Positions 43,640 to 57,273 are shown, counted from the first letter of the stretch. The stretch: DNA of 64,000 bases from Octopus vulgaris (GCA_951406725.2 OX597838.1:32984001-33048000), one strand, 5' to 3'. Notes: generated from the sequence alone by a model not told the origin. Numbers and translations: made by a program.

Positions 43640-44563
43640 AAGACAAACAAAAGAGCTATTAAAATGACTGTTAAAGAAAAGGAAAAAAAACCTGAAAGGG
43701 GTGAAAGTAAAAAGCGCTCATAGAATTCGCATTTGCGCGCATGTACATAGATACACATGCGCGCACGCACACCCACGTACATGTGCATATATGCATATGC
43801 TCACTCCCACTCGCCTGAAACACATGCATGCACCCCCACACTCCACACACACACCTGTATACTAATACATATAGGTGTGAGCATATACATATATACACGC
43901 ACACCCACGTACATGTGTATATATGTATATGCTCACACCTATATGAATAAATAGTGTAGCGGGTGGACTTTGTTGTGCTTGCGGCCCGCGGTGGAACCCG
44001 GCCGATATAGGATAAATAAGCAATAGAAGAAACTCTGGACACATTTCACCCTCGTTTAGAAGCTCAACAGCGAAGTGTAGCCTGCAATTAGTTTCAACCG
44101 TGCACTTATTGGCGCAAAGAAAGAGAAATACTCTCATGACATTTGGTTGTTTAAGCGACAATCTCGGAATGTATTTCGCCCCTGTTTGAAAGTTCAGCAT
44201 AGAAGTATATAGATAGTGTCACTGTAACTTAAGCCGTGGTCGCAGCAGAGGATTAGTGACAGGTGAAATTATTGTCACTGCTTATTATTCTAATCATTAA
44301 CTACGTTCTCAATTTACATGTCTAATTATCCTTCAATTCGTGTAACATCTGCATACACAGGCACCCACTAAAACATGTATATACGCACAAATATACATTC
44401 GGACAAGCACTCGAGCATATATGCAGTTATACGCTTACCCATACATACATACATACATACATACATACATACATACATACATACATACATACAATCATTC
44501 ATATATACAATCATATATACATACATACAATCATACATACATACATATATATATATATACAAT

Positions 44564-44595
<32 letters not shown>

Positions 44596-45604
44596 CATAC
44601 ATACATATACATACATACATACATAAATCATACATACATACATACAATCATACATACATACATGTATATATACAATCATACATACATACATACATACATA
44701 TACAATCATACATACATACATATACAATCATACATACATACATACATACAATCATACATACATACATACATACATACATACATACATACATACATACATA
44801 CATACATACAATCATACATACAATCATACATACATACATACATAATACATACATACATACATACCTACATACATACATACATACATACATACATACACAT
44901 TTTCACATACAAATCCATACAGACACGCAAAGGATCACAGATATACAGAGACAAAGAGAGAGACAGAGACAGACAGGCAGATAGACAGAGACGCATGCTT
45001 GAGGATGCAGACAAACACATACATATATGTACACAAACGCACTCAGACACACACATATGTATACAAACGCATTCACTTACACGCACGCGCACGCGCATGC
45101 GCACAGATGCACGTATAAACATCTGCAGATGACATTCAAAGCAAACTAAATAAGTTTTGTTCTTCACCAACAAATAATGGATTCACTATCTTTTAACTTT
45201 TATTTTTCACTTCTTTCAGTAATTGGGCTTCGACCATGCTGGAGCACCGCCTAGCAGTGTTTCAGTTGAACAAATAAACACCCGTATTTAGCCTTTCTTT
45301 TTTAAAGTCTTGTAATTATTGTATCGGACGCTTTTTGCCGAATCGCTATGTTAAGGGGACGTAGACAAGCCAACACCGGTTGTCAAGCTGTAGTGGGGGA
45401 GACACCAGCACAGACACAAAGACACAACACACATAGAAACATACATACATACATGTTGTTGTTCAGGCTTCCGCCGTAAGAAGCCACTTGATGCGACCCT
45501 CAGGCATCTGTTTACCGACCGGCGGCGTCGGGTGAAGTCGTACTGCCGTCTTTGTCGTACGTCTTTGCTTTGCAGAGCTTCTTCCCTGTTCTTCGAATTT
45601 TGTG

Positions 45605-45990
45605 ATGGTTGATACGAAGGAACATCGTGCTTCCGCGAATTTCTGTTTTCTGCTGGGGAAAACAGCGGCCGAAACAGTTATGATGCTTCAAACAGCCACC
45701 AAGGACGCTGTCATGAGCTAAAAACACAAGTTTACGAGTGGGTTTCCACGCTTTAGAAACGGTCGCCTGTCTCTTGAAGACCAACCTCATTCAGGGCGAC
45801 CGTCGACTTCCCGAACGAACGAAAATATCACGAAAATTCATGAACTGATCTTGGTGGACCGTCGCCGAACATTTGACAAACTTGTTGATGTAACTGGGAC
45901 TGATATGCCCTGGAGCTCCTGCCTACGAATTTTGTGCGAGGAATTACGAATGAAAAGAGTGGCGGCAAAGTTTGTGTCTCGCTTGCTCGG
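45605..45990 (+). pseudogene. mariner transposase N-terminal half
   Basis: EHRASANFCFLLGKTAAETVMML...SLEDQPHSGRPSTSRTNENI...DRRRT...EELRMKRVAAKFVSRLL, with frameshifts. Confidence 0.85.
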
Positions 45991-46308
45991 AAACATAGTA
46001 GAAGGAAAGGTCCAGAGAAGGGAAGACAGAGGGGAAAAAAATCGCCAACGGTACACACGCGGTCATATATGTATATATATGTATATAAGTATATATGTGT
46101 GTGTGTATATATGTATAAACAAAAAAGAGAGAAAGAGAGAGAGAGAGAGAGAGAGGGAGAGAGGGAGAGAGAGAGAGGAATTGGGTATATACACTGAAAG
46201 CAGTCGCGACTGAACGCGTGTCGAGAACTAACAGCATATGTGCCCCGGAGGGTAACTTTCTAGGTGCAATCCCATGGTCATTCATGACCGAAGGGCGTTA
46301 CAATATAC

Positions 46309-46342
<34 letters not shown>

Positions 46343-46469
46343 GTATATATATGTATATAAACTTAATCCAAACATGAAAGCACAAAAAAACACACACACA
46401 CTCAACAACGCGAGGACGTGGAACAAATATAGTATTATTGGACGCTCAGGGAAGAAGGATAGAAGGAGA

Positions 46470-46504
46470 GTTTAACGTTTCGAGCGGAGCTCTTCGTCGG
46501 AAAC
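46470..46504 (-). ncRNA. Minimal hammerhead-like motif, U4C variant (family P2; remnant about 46360-46575)
   Basis: Identical to 6443-6477. Confidence 0.7.
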
Positions 46505-46804
46505 ATAGGAGAAGGAAAGATCCAGAGAAGGGAAGACAGAGGAAAAAAAAAATCGCCAACGGTACACACGCGGTCATATATGTATATATATGTATATAAG
46601 TATATATGTGTGTGTGTATATATGTATATACAAAAAAGAGAGAAAGAGAGAGGGAGAGAGAGGGAGAGAGGGGGAGAGATGAATTGGGTATATACACTGA
46701 ACATAGATGTGTGTATGTGTGTATCTGTGTGTGTATGCGTATATGTATGCATATATATAAGAATGTATGTAAAAATGCGTGCACACATATTTATTTATGT
46801 GTAT

Positions 46805-46851
<47 letters not shown>

Positions 46852-47242
46852 TCATATATACCCCTTTCAGTTTCCTGTGTATATATACAGGATGTTATCC
46901 GCAATGAATAACAAATATATATCTTTGCCATAATTCTACTCTCCCTCCTCCTCCTCCTCCTCCTCCTCCTCCTCCAAGCATTTATTTCTTTAAATATCTA
47001 TTTATTTATCTCACCCTTTCTGTCTGTCAGTCAGTCTGTTTGTCTGTCTGTTTGTCTGTCTGTCTGTTTCTTTCTGTCTGTCTGTTTCTTTCTGTCTCTC
47101 CTCTCTCTCTCTCCTTATCTCTCTCTCTCTCTCTCCTTATCTATCTCTCTCTCTCTCCCTATCTCTCTCTCTCTCCCTATCTCTCTCCCTATCTCTCTTT
47201 CTCTCCCTATCTCTCTCTCCCTCCCTATCTCTCTCTCTCTCC

Positions 47243-47293
<51 letters not shown>

Positions 47294-47669
47294 CGGTGTC
47301 GGGTGTGTGTATGTGTGCCTTGCGTGGGAAGAAGAAATTATCAGTTTAATCGTCGTGATACCCCTTACTTCCCCTGGAGGTAAACATCAATTAAGGACCA
47401 TATCGTTGACCCCTAGATAAAACCGGACAGACGTGAAGGAGTCAGACAGGAAGTCAGCTCCAGCGCCATCTTTGTCATCCCGGACTGGTAAATCTGAGAT
47501 GTTACACAGACGTGGCTGTGTGGTTAAGAAGCTTGTTTGTCAACAATGTGATCTTCGGTTCAGTCCCAGGTCGCGTCACCCTGGGGGAAGTGTCTTTTAT
47601 TGCATCTCCTACTTTAGCCCTGGGTCAGTTAACACCTTGCAAGTGGATTTGAGAGACGGTAACTCCGTC

Positions 47670-48041
47670 GTATGTACATACATACATACATGCATGCATA
47701 CATACATACATACATGCATGCATACATACATACATACATGCATGCATACATACATACATACATACATGCATGCATGCATGCATACAAGCATGCATGCATG
47801 CATGCATACATACATACATACATACATACATACATACATACATACATACATACATGCATGCATGCATACAAGCATGCATGCATGCATACATACATACATA
47901 CATACATACATACATACATACATACATACATGCATGCATACATACATACATACATACATACATACATGCATGCATACATACATACATACATACATACATA
48001 ATGCATGCATGCATACAAGCATGCATGCATGCTTGCATACA

Positions 48042-48070
<29 letters not shown>
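47670..48070. repeat. (TACA)n/(TGCA)n compound microsatellite
   Basis: Direct reading. Confidence 0.9.
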
Positions 48071-48125
<55 letters not shown>

Positions 48126-48158
48126 TGTGTGTTTGTGTGTGTTTGTGTGTGTGTGTGT

Positions 48159-48470
48159 GGAGGCGTAATGGCCCAGTGGTTAGGGCAGCGGACTCGCGGT
48201 CCAGAGATCGCGGTTTCGATTCCCAGACTGGGCGTTGTGAGTGTTTATTGTGCGAAAACACCTAAAACTCCGCGAGGCTCCGGCAGGGGTTGGGTGGTGA
48301 TCCCTGCTGTACTCTTTCGCCACAACTTTCTCTCACTCTTTCTTCTGTTGGCCTGCTCGCTTAGCCAGCGGGGTGGCGTCATTTGAAGGCTGAAACAATG
48401 CGAAGCGCATTATTGTGACCAGCGATGTGTAGCAACATCTGATAGCCTGGTCAGACACGCGATCACGTGC
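48159..48470 (+). mobile_element. SINE family C
   Basis: tRNA-like head; tail ends GATCACGTG. Confidence 0.85.
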
Positions 48471-48480
48471 TATGCACAAT

Positions 48481-48960
48481 ACAATTAATAAGAGGAATGA
48501 CCACTAAAGTGGATTCCTATATGCTGAAGATAGACGTCAAATCGCCTTGCCACGAAGAGTGTGTTCTCAAGAAAAATATCACAGCAAACGCCAGAACGCA
48601 AAACATAAGAAAGACAAATGAAAATATAAAAAATAAAACGGTTACCTACGTATCATGTTTTCATTTTGTGTTAACAAGGAAATTATGATATGTAATCGTT
48701 TTAATTTGTATATTTTCATTTATCTTGCTTATTTTTTACATTCCGGCGTTTGCTGTGATTTTTTCTTGAGAATTCATTTTTCGTGGTAAGGCGATTTGAC
48801 ATCTATCTTCAGCATATAGGAATCCACTTAAGAAGTCATTCCTCTTATTAATTGTTATATAAATTTTAAAATCTTCGGATTTTTTTTTTTGAATATACTA
48901 GACCGCTGATTTAAATTGATGTTAATTGATTGATATCAATTTCTACCCTCATTATTTAAT
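48481..48960 (+). mobile_element. Large fold-back insert (about 175-bp imperfect arms) with unique tail ending in (TA)n
   Basis: ACAATTAATAAGAGGAATGAC...GGATTCCTATATGCTGAAGATAGA / TCTATCTTCAGCATATAGGAATCC...GTCATTCCTCTTATTAATTGT. Confidence 0.85.
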
Positions 48961-48962
48961 TT

Positions 48963-49089
<127 letters not shown>

Positions 49090-49184
49090 CGGGAAGGTTT
49101 ACGAAAATAAACAAAAGACGAAGGCAGGTGGAGTACAAACAAACAATGTATTAGTATGGCGCTCAGAAATAGTAATAGAAAAAG

Positions 49185-49222
49185 TCTTTTACGTTTGGAG
49201 CCTACGTTCTTCGACAGAAAGA
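49185..49222 (-). ncRNA. Minimal hammerhead-like motif, A6U variant (family P1), with G12 mutated
   Basis: TCTTT-CTGTCGA-A-GAAC(GTAG)GCTC-CAAA-CG-TA-AAAGA. Confidence 0.5.
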
Positions 49223-49900
49223 TACACAGAAAAGAAACAAGGAGAGAAAAAATGTGTGTAGGAGCTAACGATCTATCATGGCGTCCTGACTTCGGATAGT
49301 GGTCAGACGCGAGAAGGACAGTAGGGGAGATAACAGGGTCAAGTGACTTCCAAAACGAAGGTATCCCCAACACAAAGGTGCGTGCGTGTATAAGAGAGTA
49401 TGTATGTGCGTGTGAAAGAGGGCTAGTGGTCTGGACGTGTGTGTGTATGTATGTGTGGGTGTAGAGATGTGGGGATGGGTGTGTGGGTGGTGTGTTGTGA
49501 TGTGATATGTGTATGTATGTGTAGGTGTAAAGATGTGGGGATGGGTGTGTGGGCGGTGTGCTGTGGGTGGTGTGTTGTAATGTGATGTGTAATGTTGTAT
49601 GGTGTGATGTTGTGGGGAGGTGGGGGAGGCGAGAGTGGGGGAAAGCACAGGTGGGGTGTGGGTTCGGCTGGGGTAGAGTAGGGGTTGTGGGTAGGTAGAG
49701 GGTAGGGTTAGAGGTGAGGTATGTGGGGGAGGGGTATGGGATATGGGTGAGGTATGTGGGAGAGAGGTGGGGGATAGGGGTGAGGTGTGTGTGTGTGGGG
49801 GGGGGGGGGTAGAGTGGGGGAAGGGGGGGAAGGATAGGGAAGGTGGAGTAGAGGTGGGTGGGTTAATAGGAGATGAGAAGAGGAGAGAAATATATATATA

Positions 49901-50283
49901 CTAGCAGTATCGCCCGGCGTTGCTCAGGTTTGTAAGGGAAATAACTATAAAGCATTTTTAGAGAGTTATAGCCAAAAAATAGCAAAAAAATGGAAAAAAA
50001 TGATGGTAAATTTGTTTTTTAGTTAAAAAAGGTGGAGTTGCGTCCCCTAGACATTTTGCGGTTTATGTTTCTGATTCTCGACCCCATGTCGAATTTATCG
50101 ATTATTTTCAGAACTGGGGGAACTTTTCAAAATTTTCGCTGCGTTAGTTTTGAATTATGACATTGGGCTATGTGTGTGTCAAGTTTCATCAGAATCGGTT
50201 GAAAGCCGTGGTCAGGGTGAGGGTACAAGCAAACAGACACACAGACACACACACAGACAAACTGCCGTTTATATAGAGAGAGA
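49901..50283 (-). mobile_element. Non-autonomous Helitron
   Basis: 5' TC(TCTCTCTATATAAAC) and 3' hairpin + CTAG shared with 7997-8303; different interior. Confidence 0.8.
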
Positions 50284-50514
50284 TATGAGCAAAACAACCC
50301 TTCGTCCAATGGACGGTGCTGAGTTGTCAAACATTTAAACCAAATTTTCTCAAAACAACTTGTCCGACTGTCCCATAGGCCTCCCCTTTGAGAAACACTG
50401 ATTTGACCTAAATTTGAGACACCAGCAAAAGAAGAAATCTGAGATGTTACACAGACGTGGCTGTGTGGTTAAGAAGCTTATTTGTCAACAATTTGGTCTT
50501 CGGTTCAGTCCCAG

Positions 50515-50640
50515 TACGTGAGGATAAGTATAGGGTCCGTGGAAAAAATTATTCACGACCATTTGCACATGCGGAAGTTGCCTACACCATGGGTTCCTCG
50601 AATGCTCACACCTTTTCAGAAGCAGGAAAGAGTCAATGGA
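50515..50640 (+). pseudogene. mariner transposase fragment
   Basis: ISIGSVEKIIHDHLHMRKLPTPWVPRMLTPFQKQERV contains the WVPxxL motif. Confidence 0.8.
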
Positions 50641-50672
50641 GCGAGACAGACAGAAGAGAGAAGGATGAATAA

Positions 50673-50724
<52 letters not shown>

Positions 50725-51680
50725 TTACGTTGCAACAGGATATTGTCTGAGTTTTTAGACGCAGCAAATGATTTGAGCTCAAATGCTGGCGTTTCATTGG
50801 TTAAAATTCGAAGAATTAAACTACGTTAAACTTACAAATTACAATTTTGTTTACAATAATGTTTTCTTTTGACACATTCTACCAGTATACGAAGTTTCAA
50901 ATTGTTTAGTTAACTAGAAATTCCGTCCATCAAAAGGAAAAGATCCAGAGTCAATTGCTCCCAGGGTCTTTTTGCAATGTGCCAAGAAAACGAATCAGTC
51001 CATCCCCCCGGAAGGATGAAAGGCAAGGTCAGTCTAGGCGGAATTTGAATTCGGAACGTAAAGGCGGACAAAACACGAGATTGGTCGTGGTTCGGCAAAG
51101 AAGTCTTTGATCACAGTTCCGCTTCGATTAGGGTTGACTTTGTGTGGTGGAGGTGGTGGTGGTGGTGGTGGTGGTGGAGGTGGTGGAGGGGAGACAGTAA
51201 ACAACAACAACAACGACGACAACAAAGAACAATATGGCGGCGTTGGTGTCTGACGGATGTTTTTGTGTTATCGTCAAGAGACGCGAGACTATAAACATCA
51301 AAATGGTTGACAGGTTTAAAAACTGCGACATTCTATTTCCAGAGTAAACAGAAATGTTTATCACTGACTTTTTGCTTTTCCCTCCACCCACGCCTCCTTA
51401 ACCACCCGCTCCTGCTGTCACATCTTCCTTCCTTCCTTCCTTCCTTCCTTTCTTCCTTCCTTCCTTCCGCTCTTCCGCCTTTTCTCCTTCTCTTCTTTTC
51501 TTCTTTTCTTTCTTCATTTGTCTTTCCACTTTTCCTATCTCTTGCTTCACCTCTTCCCTCTCCAGCACTACCGTCTGCTCATCAGCGTTGTCTGTCTTTC
51601 AGTCTTTCTTTCTTTCTTTCTTCCTTCCTTTCTTTCTTCCTTTCTTTCTTACTTTCTTTCTTTCCTTCTCTCTTTCTTTT

Positions 51681-51728
<48 letters not shown>

Positions 51729-51860
51729 TCCTTCTTTCTTTCCTTCTCTCTTTCTTTTTCTTTCTTTCCTTTTTCTTTCTTTCTTTCCTTCTTTCTTTTC
51801 CTCTCTCTTTCTTTTTCATTCTTTCTTTTTTCTTTCTTTCTTTTTTCTTTCTTTCTTTTT

Positions 51861-51892
<32 letters not shown>

Positions 51893-52830
51893 ATTTACTT
51901 TCTTTCTTACTTTCTTTCTTTCCTTCTTTCTTCCCTTCTTTCTTTCTTTCTTACTTTCTTTCTCACTTTCTCTCCCTCTTTCTCTCTCTCACCCTCTCTC
52001 TCTTCTTCTTTCTCCTCCTCATCTATCAATTCCATCCCACCATATTTCCAACACATCTGTTCCAACTTCGCCCACCCCGCCAAAAAACAAAATGTATCAA
52101 ACGATCTGATACATTGCTGCCACCACCACCACAACCACCACCACCACTACCATTATTACTACGAACAACATCTCCACAGCCATCCCCAATGCCCACCACC
52201 ACAACCACCACCACCACCACCATCACCATTGCTATCACTGTCGCCGTTAGTGTCGCCATCTGCAGGTGATACTCTTTCCAACACTTCACTTGTTTAGATT
52301 ATCTCGCCTCTCTTAGTTTGGCATATGCAATGGATTTAGGACCACATCCATCCCCATTCTGTTCCTCCTCCTCCTCCTCCTCCTTCTCCTCCTCCTCTTC
52401 TTCATCTTCTTCATCTCCTCCTCTTCTTGTTCCCCTCCTCATCTCCTCCTCCTCTTCTTCTTCCGCAACACTCTCTCCTCCTCTTCCTCCTCCTCTTCTT
52501 CTTCCGCAACACTCTCTCCTCCTCTTCCTCCTCCGCTTCTTTTCGTTCTTCACCCCTCCTACCCTCTTCATTCTCATCAGCATACTCCCTCTTTTCTCTT
52601 CCTTAATTTCCCCCTCTCCTCCTCCCCCACCCATTTCACCCACCTACTCTTCATCCACCTTCTCCTCTTCCGCTTCTTCTCGCTTCCCATCTCCTCCTCC
52701 TCCTCCTCCCACGTTCCTCCTCACCGTCCCATCCCCTCCTCCTGTTTCTTTCCTTTCACATCTTCATCCTTAATATCAATCTCACTCTCCCCTACCCACC
52801 ACCACCAACAACAACGCCAACACCAACACC

Positions 52831-54020
52831 CAGAGCCGTCTCAACCACCCAGAGCCCTCTTAACCACCCAGAGCCGTCTCAACCACCTAGAGTCGTCTCA
52901 ACCACCCGGAGCCGTCTCAACCACCCGGAGCCGTCTCAACCACCCAGAGCCATCACAACTACCCAGAGCCGTCTCAACCACCCGGAGCCGTCTCAACCAC
53001 TCGGAGCCGTCTCAACCACCCAGAGCCGTCTCAACCACCCAGAGCCGTCTCAACCACCCGGAGCCCTCTCAACCACCCAGAGCCCTCTCAACCACCCAGA
53101 GCCGTCTCAACCACCCGGAGCCGTCTCAACCACCCAGAGCCGTCTCAACCTCCCGGAGCCGTCTCAACCACCCAGAGCCGTCTCAACCACCCAGAGCCGT
53201 CTCAACCACCCAGAGCCGTCTCAACCACCCGGAGCCCTCTCAACCACCCGGAGCCGTCTCAACCTCCCGGAGCCGTCTCAACCACCCAAAGCCCTCTCAA
53301 CCACCCAGAGCCGTCACAACTACCCAGAGCCGTCTCACATTACCCAGAGCCGTCTCAACCACCCAGAGCCGTCTCAACCACCCGGAGCCGTCTCAACCAC
53401 CCAGAGCCCTCTCAACCATCCAGAGCCGTCTCAACCACCCGGAGCCGTCTCAACCACCCAGAGCCGTCTCAACCACCCAGAGCCGTCTCAACCACCCGGA
53501 GCCGTCTCAACCACCCAGAGCCGTCTCAACCACCCAGAGCCATCTCAACCACCCGGAACCGTCTCAACCACTCGGAGCCGTCTCAACCACCCAGAGCCCT
53601 CTCAACCACCCAGAGCCATCTCAACCACCCGGAGCCGTCTCAACCACCCAGAGCCGTCTCAACCACCCAGAGCCCTCTCAACCACCCAGAGCCGTCTCAA
53701 CCACCCGGAGCCGTCTCAAGCACCCAGAGCCGTCTCAACTACCCAGAGCCGTCTCAACCACCCAGAGCCGTCTCAATCACCCAGAGCCGTCTCAACTACC
53801 CAGAGCCGTCTCAACCACCCAGAGCCGTCTCAACCACCCGGAGCCGTCTCAACCACCCAGAGCCGTCTCAACCACCCAGAGCCGTCTCAACCACCCGGAG
53901 CCGTCTCAACCACTCAGAGCCGTCTCAACTACCCGGGGCCGTCTCAACCACTCGGAGCCCTCTCAACCACCCGGAGCCGTCTCAACCACCCGGAGCCGTC
54001 TCAACCACCCAGAGCCGTCT
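52831..54020 (+). repeat. 19-bp minisatellite CAGAGCCGTCTCAACCACC, roughly 60 copies
   Basis: Direct head-to-tail repeats with point variants and no spacers. Confidence 0.95.
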
Positions 54021-54597
54021 TAGCAGTCTTACAGTGGTCCCTACCACCGTGTAAATCGATGCCTTGGATCCTGTAGTATTTATTTATTGACAGCAAGCAC
54101 AAAATACGTACATCGGAATTCGGTCCCTGGACCATTGTGACGCCCGGGCAAACTGCTCTGTGTAACCGTGGCTTAAGACGACACAGCCATCACCAACAGT
54201 TGCCTAATCAGATCTCGAAACCGCATCCGACCGGTTTTAAAAGAGGACAAACAGGTTAACATTCGAGGATGATACGTTATTGAACAAAAGAAAAAAAAAT
54301 ACAGACTGGATGGTCACAACTGGAATGTCCTGTAATCTCATAGTTGCTCGATCTCTGGGTCCATTTAGATCAAGACACCACCCCCACCACCACCACCACT
54401 AACGCCACCAACAATAACTGCTCTCACCCTCTGCACACAACAACAACAGCCAATGTGTCGTCTCTCTCTGTTTCTCTTTCCCCCTCTCTCTCGTCTCTCG
54501 TCTCTCGTCTCTCGTCTATCTCTCTCTCTTGAGTCTCTCTTGTCTCTTTCTCGTCTCTCGTCTCACCTCTGTCTGTCTGTATGCCTGTCTGTATGCC

Positions 54598-54647
<50 letters not shown>

Positions 54648-54784
54648 GTCTGTCTCTCTTGTCTCTCTCTCTCTTGTCTCTCTCTCTCTCTTGTCTCTCT
54701 CTCTCTCTCTTGTCTCTCTCTTGTCTCTTTCTCGTCTCCCGTCTCTCCTATGTCTGTCTGTCTGTCTCTCTCTCTCTCGCCTCT

Positions 54785-55290
54785 CTCTCTTGTCTCTCTC
54801 TCGTCTCTTGTCTCTCTCTCGTCTCTTGTCTCTCTCTCGTCTCTTGTCTCTCTCTCGTCTCTTGTCTCTCTCTCGTCTCTTGTCTCTCTCTCGTCTCTTG
54901 TCTCTCTCTCGTCTCTTGTCTCTCTCTCGTCTCTTGTCTCTCTCTCGTCTCTTGTCTCTCTCTCGTCTCTTGTCTCTCTCTCGTCTCTTGTCTCTCTCTC
55001 TCGTCTCTTGTCTCTCTCTCTGTCTCTTGTCTCTCTCTCGTCTCTTGTCTCTCTCTCGTCTCTTGTCTCTCTCTCGTCTCTTGTCTCTCTCTCGTCTCTT
55101 GTCTCTCTCTCGTCTCTTGTCTCTCTCTCGTCTCTTGTCTCTCTCTCGTCTCTTGTCTCTCTCTCTCGTCTCTTGTCTCTCTCTCGTCTCTTGTCTCTCT
55201 CTCGTCTCTTGTCTCTCTCTTGTCTCTCTCTCGTCTCTTGTCTCTCTCTCGTCTCTTGTCTCTCTCTCGTCTCTTGTCTCTCTCTCGTCT
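54785..55290 (+). repeat. 18-bp minisatellite TCTCTTGTCTCTCTCTCG
   Basis: Direct reading; explains the S/L- and E/R-rich ORFs. Confidence 0.9.
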
Positions 55291-55374
55291 CTCGTCTCTC
55301 TCTCTCGTCTCTCTCTCTTGTTTCTCTCTTGTCTCTCTCTCGTCTCTCGTCTCTCCTCTGTCTGTCTGTCTGTC

Positions 55375-55408
<34 letters not shown>

Positions 55409-55545
55409 AAGACAACACGGCTCATAGTCTCTCGTGATGACCTCACACAGACAAAAAATGTTGAGAAAAGGTATCACAAAGAATAATAGGCCTTCCTTCT
55501 TTCTTTCTTCCTTCCTTCCTTCCTTCCTTTATTTCTTTCTTTCTG

Positions 55546-55580
<35 letters not shown>

Positions 55581-55764
55581 GAGCCAAGAAGTAGTTGGCT
55601 CAGTTCGAGGCAACGAAGGAAGACTTCTTCGTTGTTGTTGTTATTGTTGGCAAATGCCCCGGTGTGTTGGATGGTTTCTGTGAAAACAATGGACGGGAAG
55701 CAATATGCTTTCCTGCCGAGATTGGTATTACAGGATTTGTTTGTACGATTAGTTATCATCGCAG

Positions 55765-56240
55765 GCAGCGAGAGAGCAGAATCGTTGCCGCGTCGGAGAA
55801 AAACGGTTGGCGTCACTGCTTCCAGCTCTAAACGCTCTTGGTTCAAATTCCGCCGAGGTCGACTTTGCCTTTCATCCTTTCGGGGTCGATTGAATAAGTA
55901 CCAGTTACGCACTGGGGTCGATATATAATCGACTTAATCCTTTTGTCTTTCCTTGTTTGTCCTCTCTGTGTCTAGCCTCTTGTGGGTAGTAAACAAATAG
56001 GTATTTCGTCTGCCGCTACGTTCTGAGTTCAAATTCCGCCGAGGTCGACTTTGCCTTTCATCCATTCGGGGTCGATTAAATAAGTACCAGTTACGGTTGG
56101 CGGCGCTGCTTCCAGCTCTTTACGCTCTTAGTTCAAAATTAAGCCGTGGTTGACTTTGCCTTTCATTCATTCGGGGTCGATAAAATGAGTGCCAATTGAG
56201 CACTCGGGTCGATGTAATCGAGAAGCTCCCTCCGCCAGCT
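55765..56240 (+). mobile_element. SINE family A multimer
   Basis: Three tandem core blocks. Confidence 0.8.
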
Positions 56241-56549
56241 TTCTGGCCTCGTACGAGGAATCAAGACTTTGGTTTTGGTTCATAGATCAGGTGATGAGTT
56301 GTGGTTTTGAGCAGACCTCTTCATTTCACGTTTTCACACCAGTCCACTCAGCTGGTAAAAATGAGAAATTCTTCTACTGACCGGTGTCCCGTGTAATGTG
56401 AAGCTGGCGGAATATGTAGGCGGAAAATCCGGGAAATCCGAAAAACCAGCTTCATGAGCTAAGAACCTATGAAAGGCTTTTGATTCTGTTTTGCAAAGGT
56501 TGCGTGGTGCCAGAATCGTTAGCACATTCTTTTATTCTTTACTTGTTTC

Positions 56550-56616
<67 letters not shown>

Positions 56617-56767
56617 GTGTGTGCGTGTGTGTGTCTATGTTTTTGCGGCCACGTGACTTAGTGGTTCACACACACACAGACACACACGGGGCATCATAAT
56701 TATTTCTATGTATGAATACATAGACGCGCGCGTGCAAACACACACATTTATATATATCAATATATAT

Positions 56768-56849
<82 letters not shown>

Positions 56850-57036
56850 CGTACATGTATATATTAGGCTGTTCACCTAGCCAGCGTGGTGGCGTCATTC
56901 AAATGCTAAACGATGCAAAGCGCATTGTGATCAGTGATGTGCGACAACATATGATAACCCGGTCGGTTACGTGATCACGTGATATAAATATATATATGTA
57001 TGTATATATATACATACAAACATACACATGTTAGTG

Positions 57037-57068
<32 letters not shown>

Positions 57069-57221
57069 TGCATTCATAAGTATGTGAGTATATATATATA
57101 TATATAGAAAATAGTAAAAAGTGAAAAAACTACAGAAGGCTTGTTTTAAAAGGTTAAAAAATATATATTTGAGTCATTATGTCAGAAGAATGTTATAATT
57201 TTTTTTTCATACAGTGACATA

Positions 57222-57273
57222 GTTTTTGAAGAAAGTACCGGTTTCGTGTATAACTTTTCAAATTTCTCAAAAC
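57222..57273 (-). ncRNA. Minimal hammerhead-like motif, U3-A8 core variant
   Basis: GTTTTGAGAAAT-TTGAAAA-GT(TATAC)AC-GAAA-CCGG-TA-CTTTCTTCAAAAAC. Confidence 0.55.

Noticed and set aside
48520-48545. CTGAAGA within the large fold-back arm
   Set aside because: No properly placed stem II-GAAA downstream
50160-50185. CTGATGA on the minus strand
   Set aside because: Part of the Helitron interior (CCGATTCTGATGAAACTT); no stem II, separate GAAA or stem I
52831-54020. CRISPR-like regular array
   Set aside because: Units are contiguous 19-mers without unique spacers, there are no cas genes, and the context is eukaryotic
54453-55486. 300-aa E/R-rich and S/L-rich ORFs
   Set aside because: Products of an 18-bp minisatellite that is open in several frames on both strands
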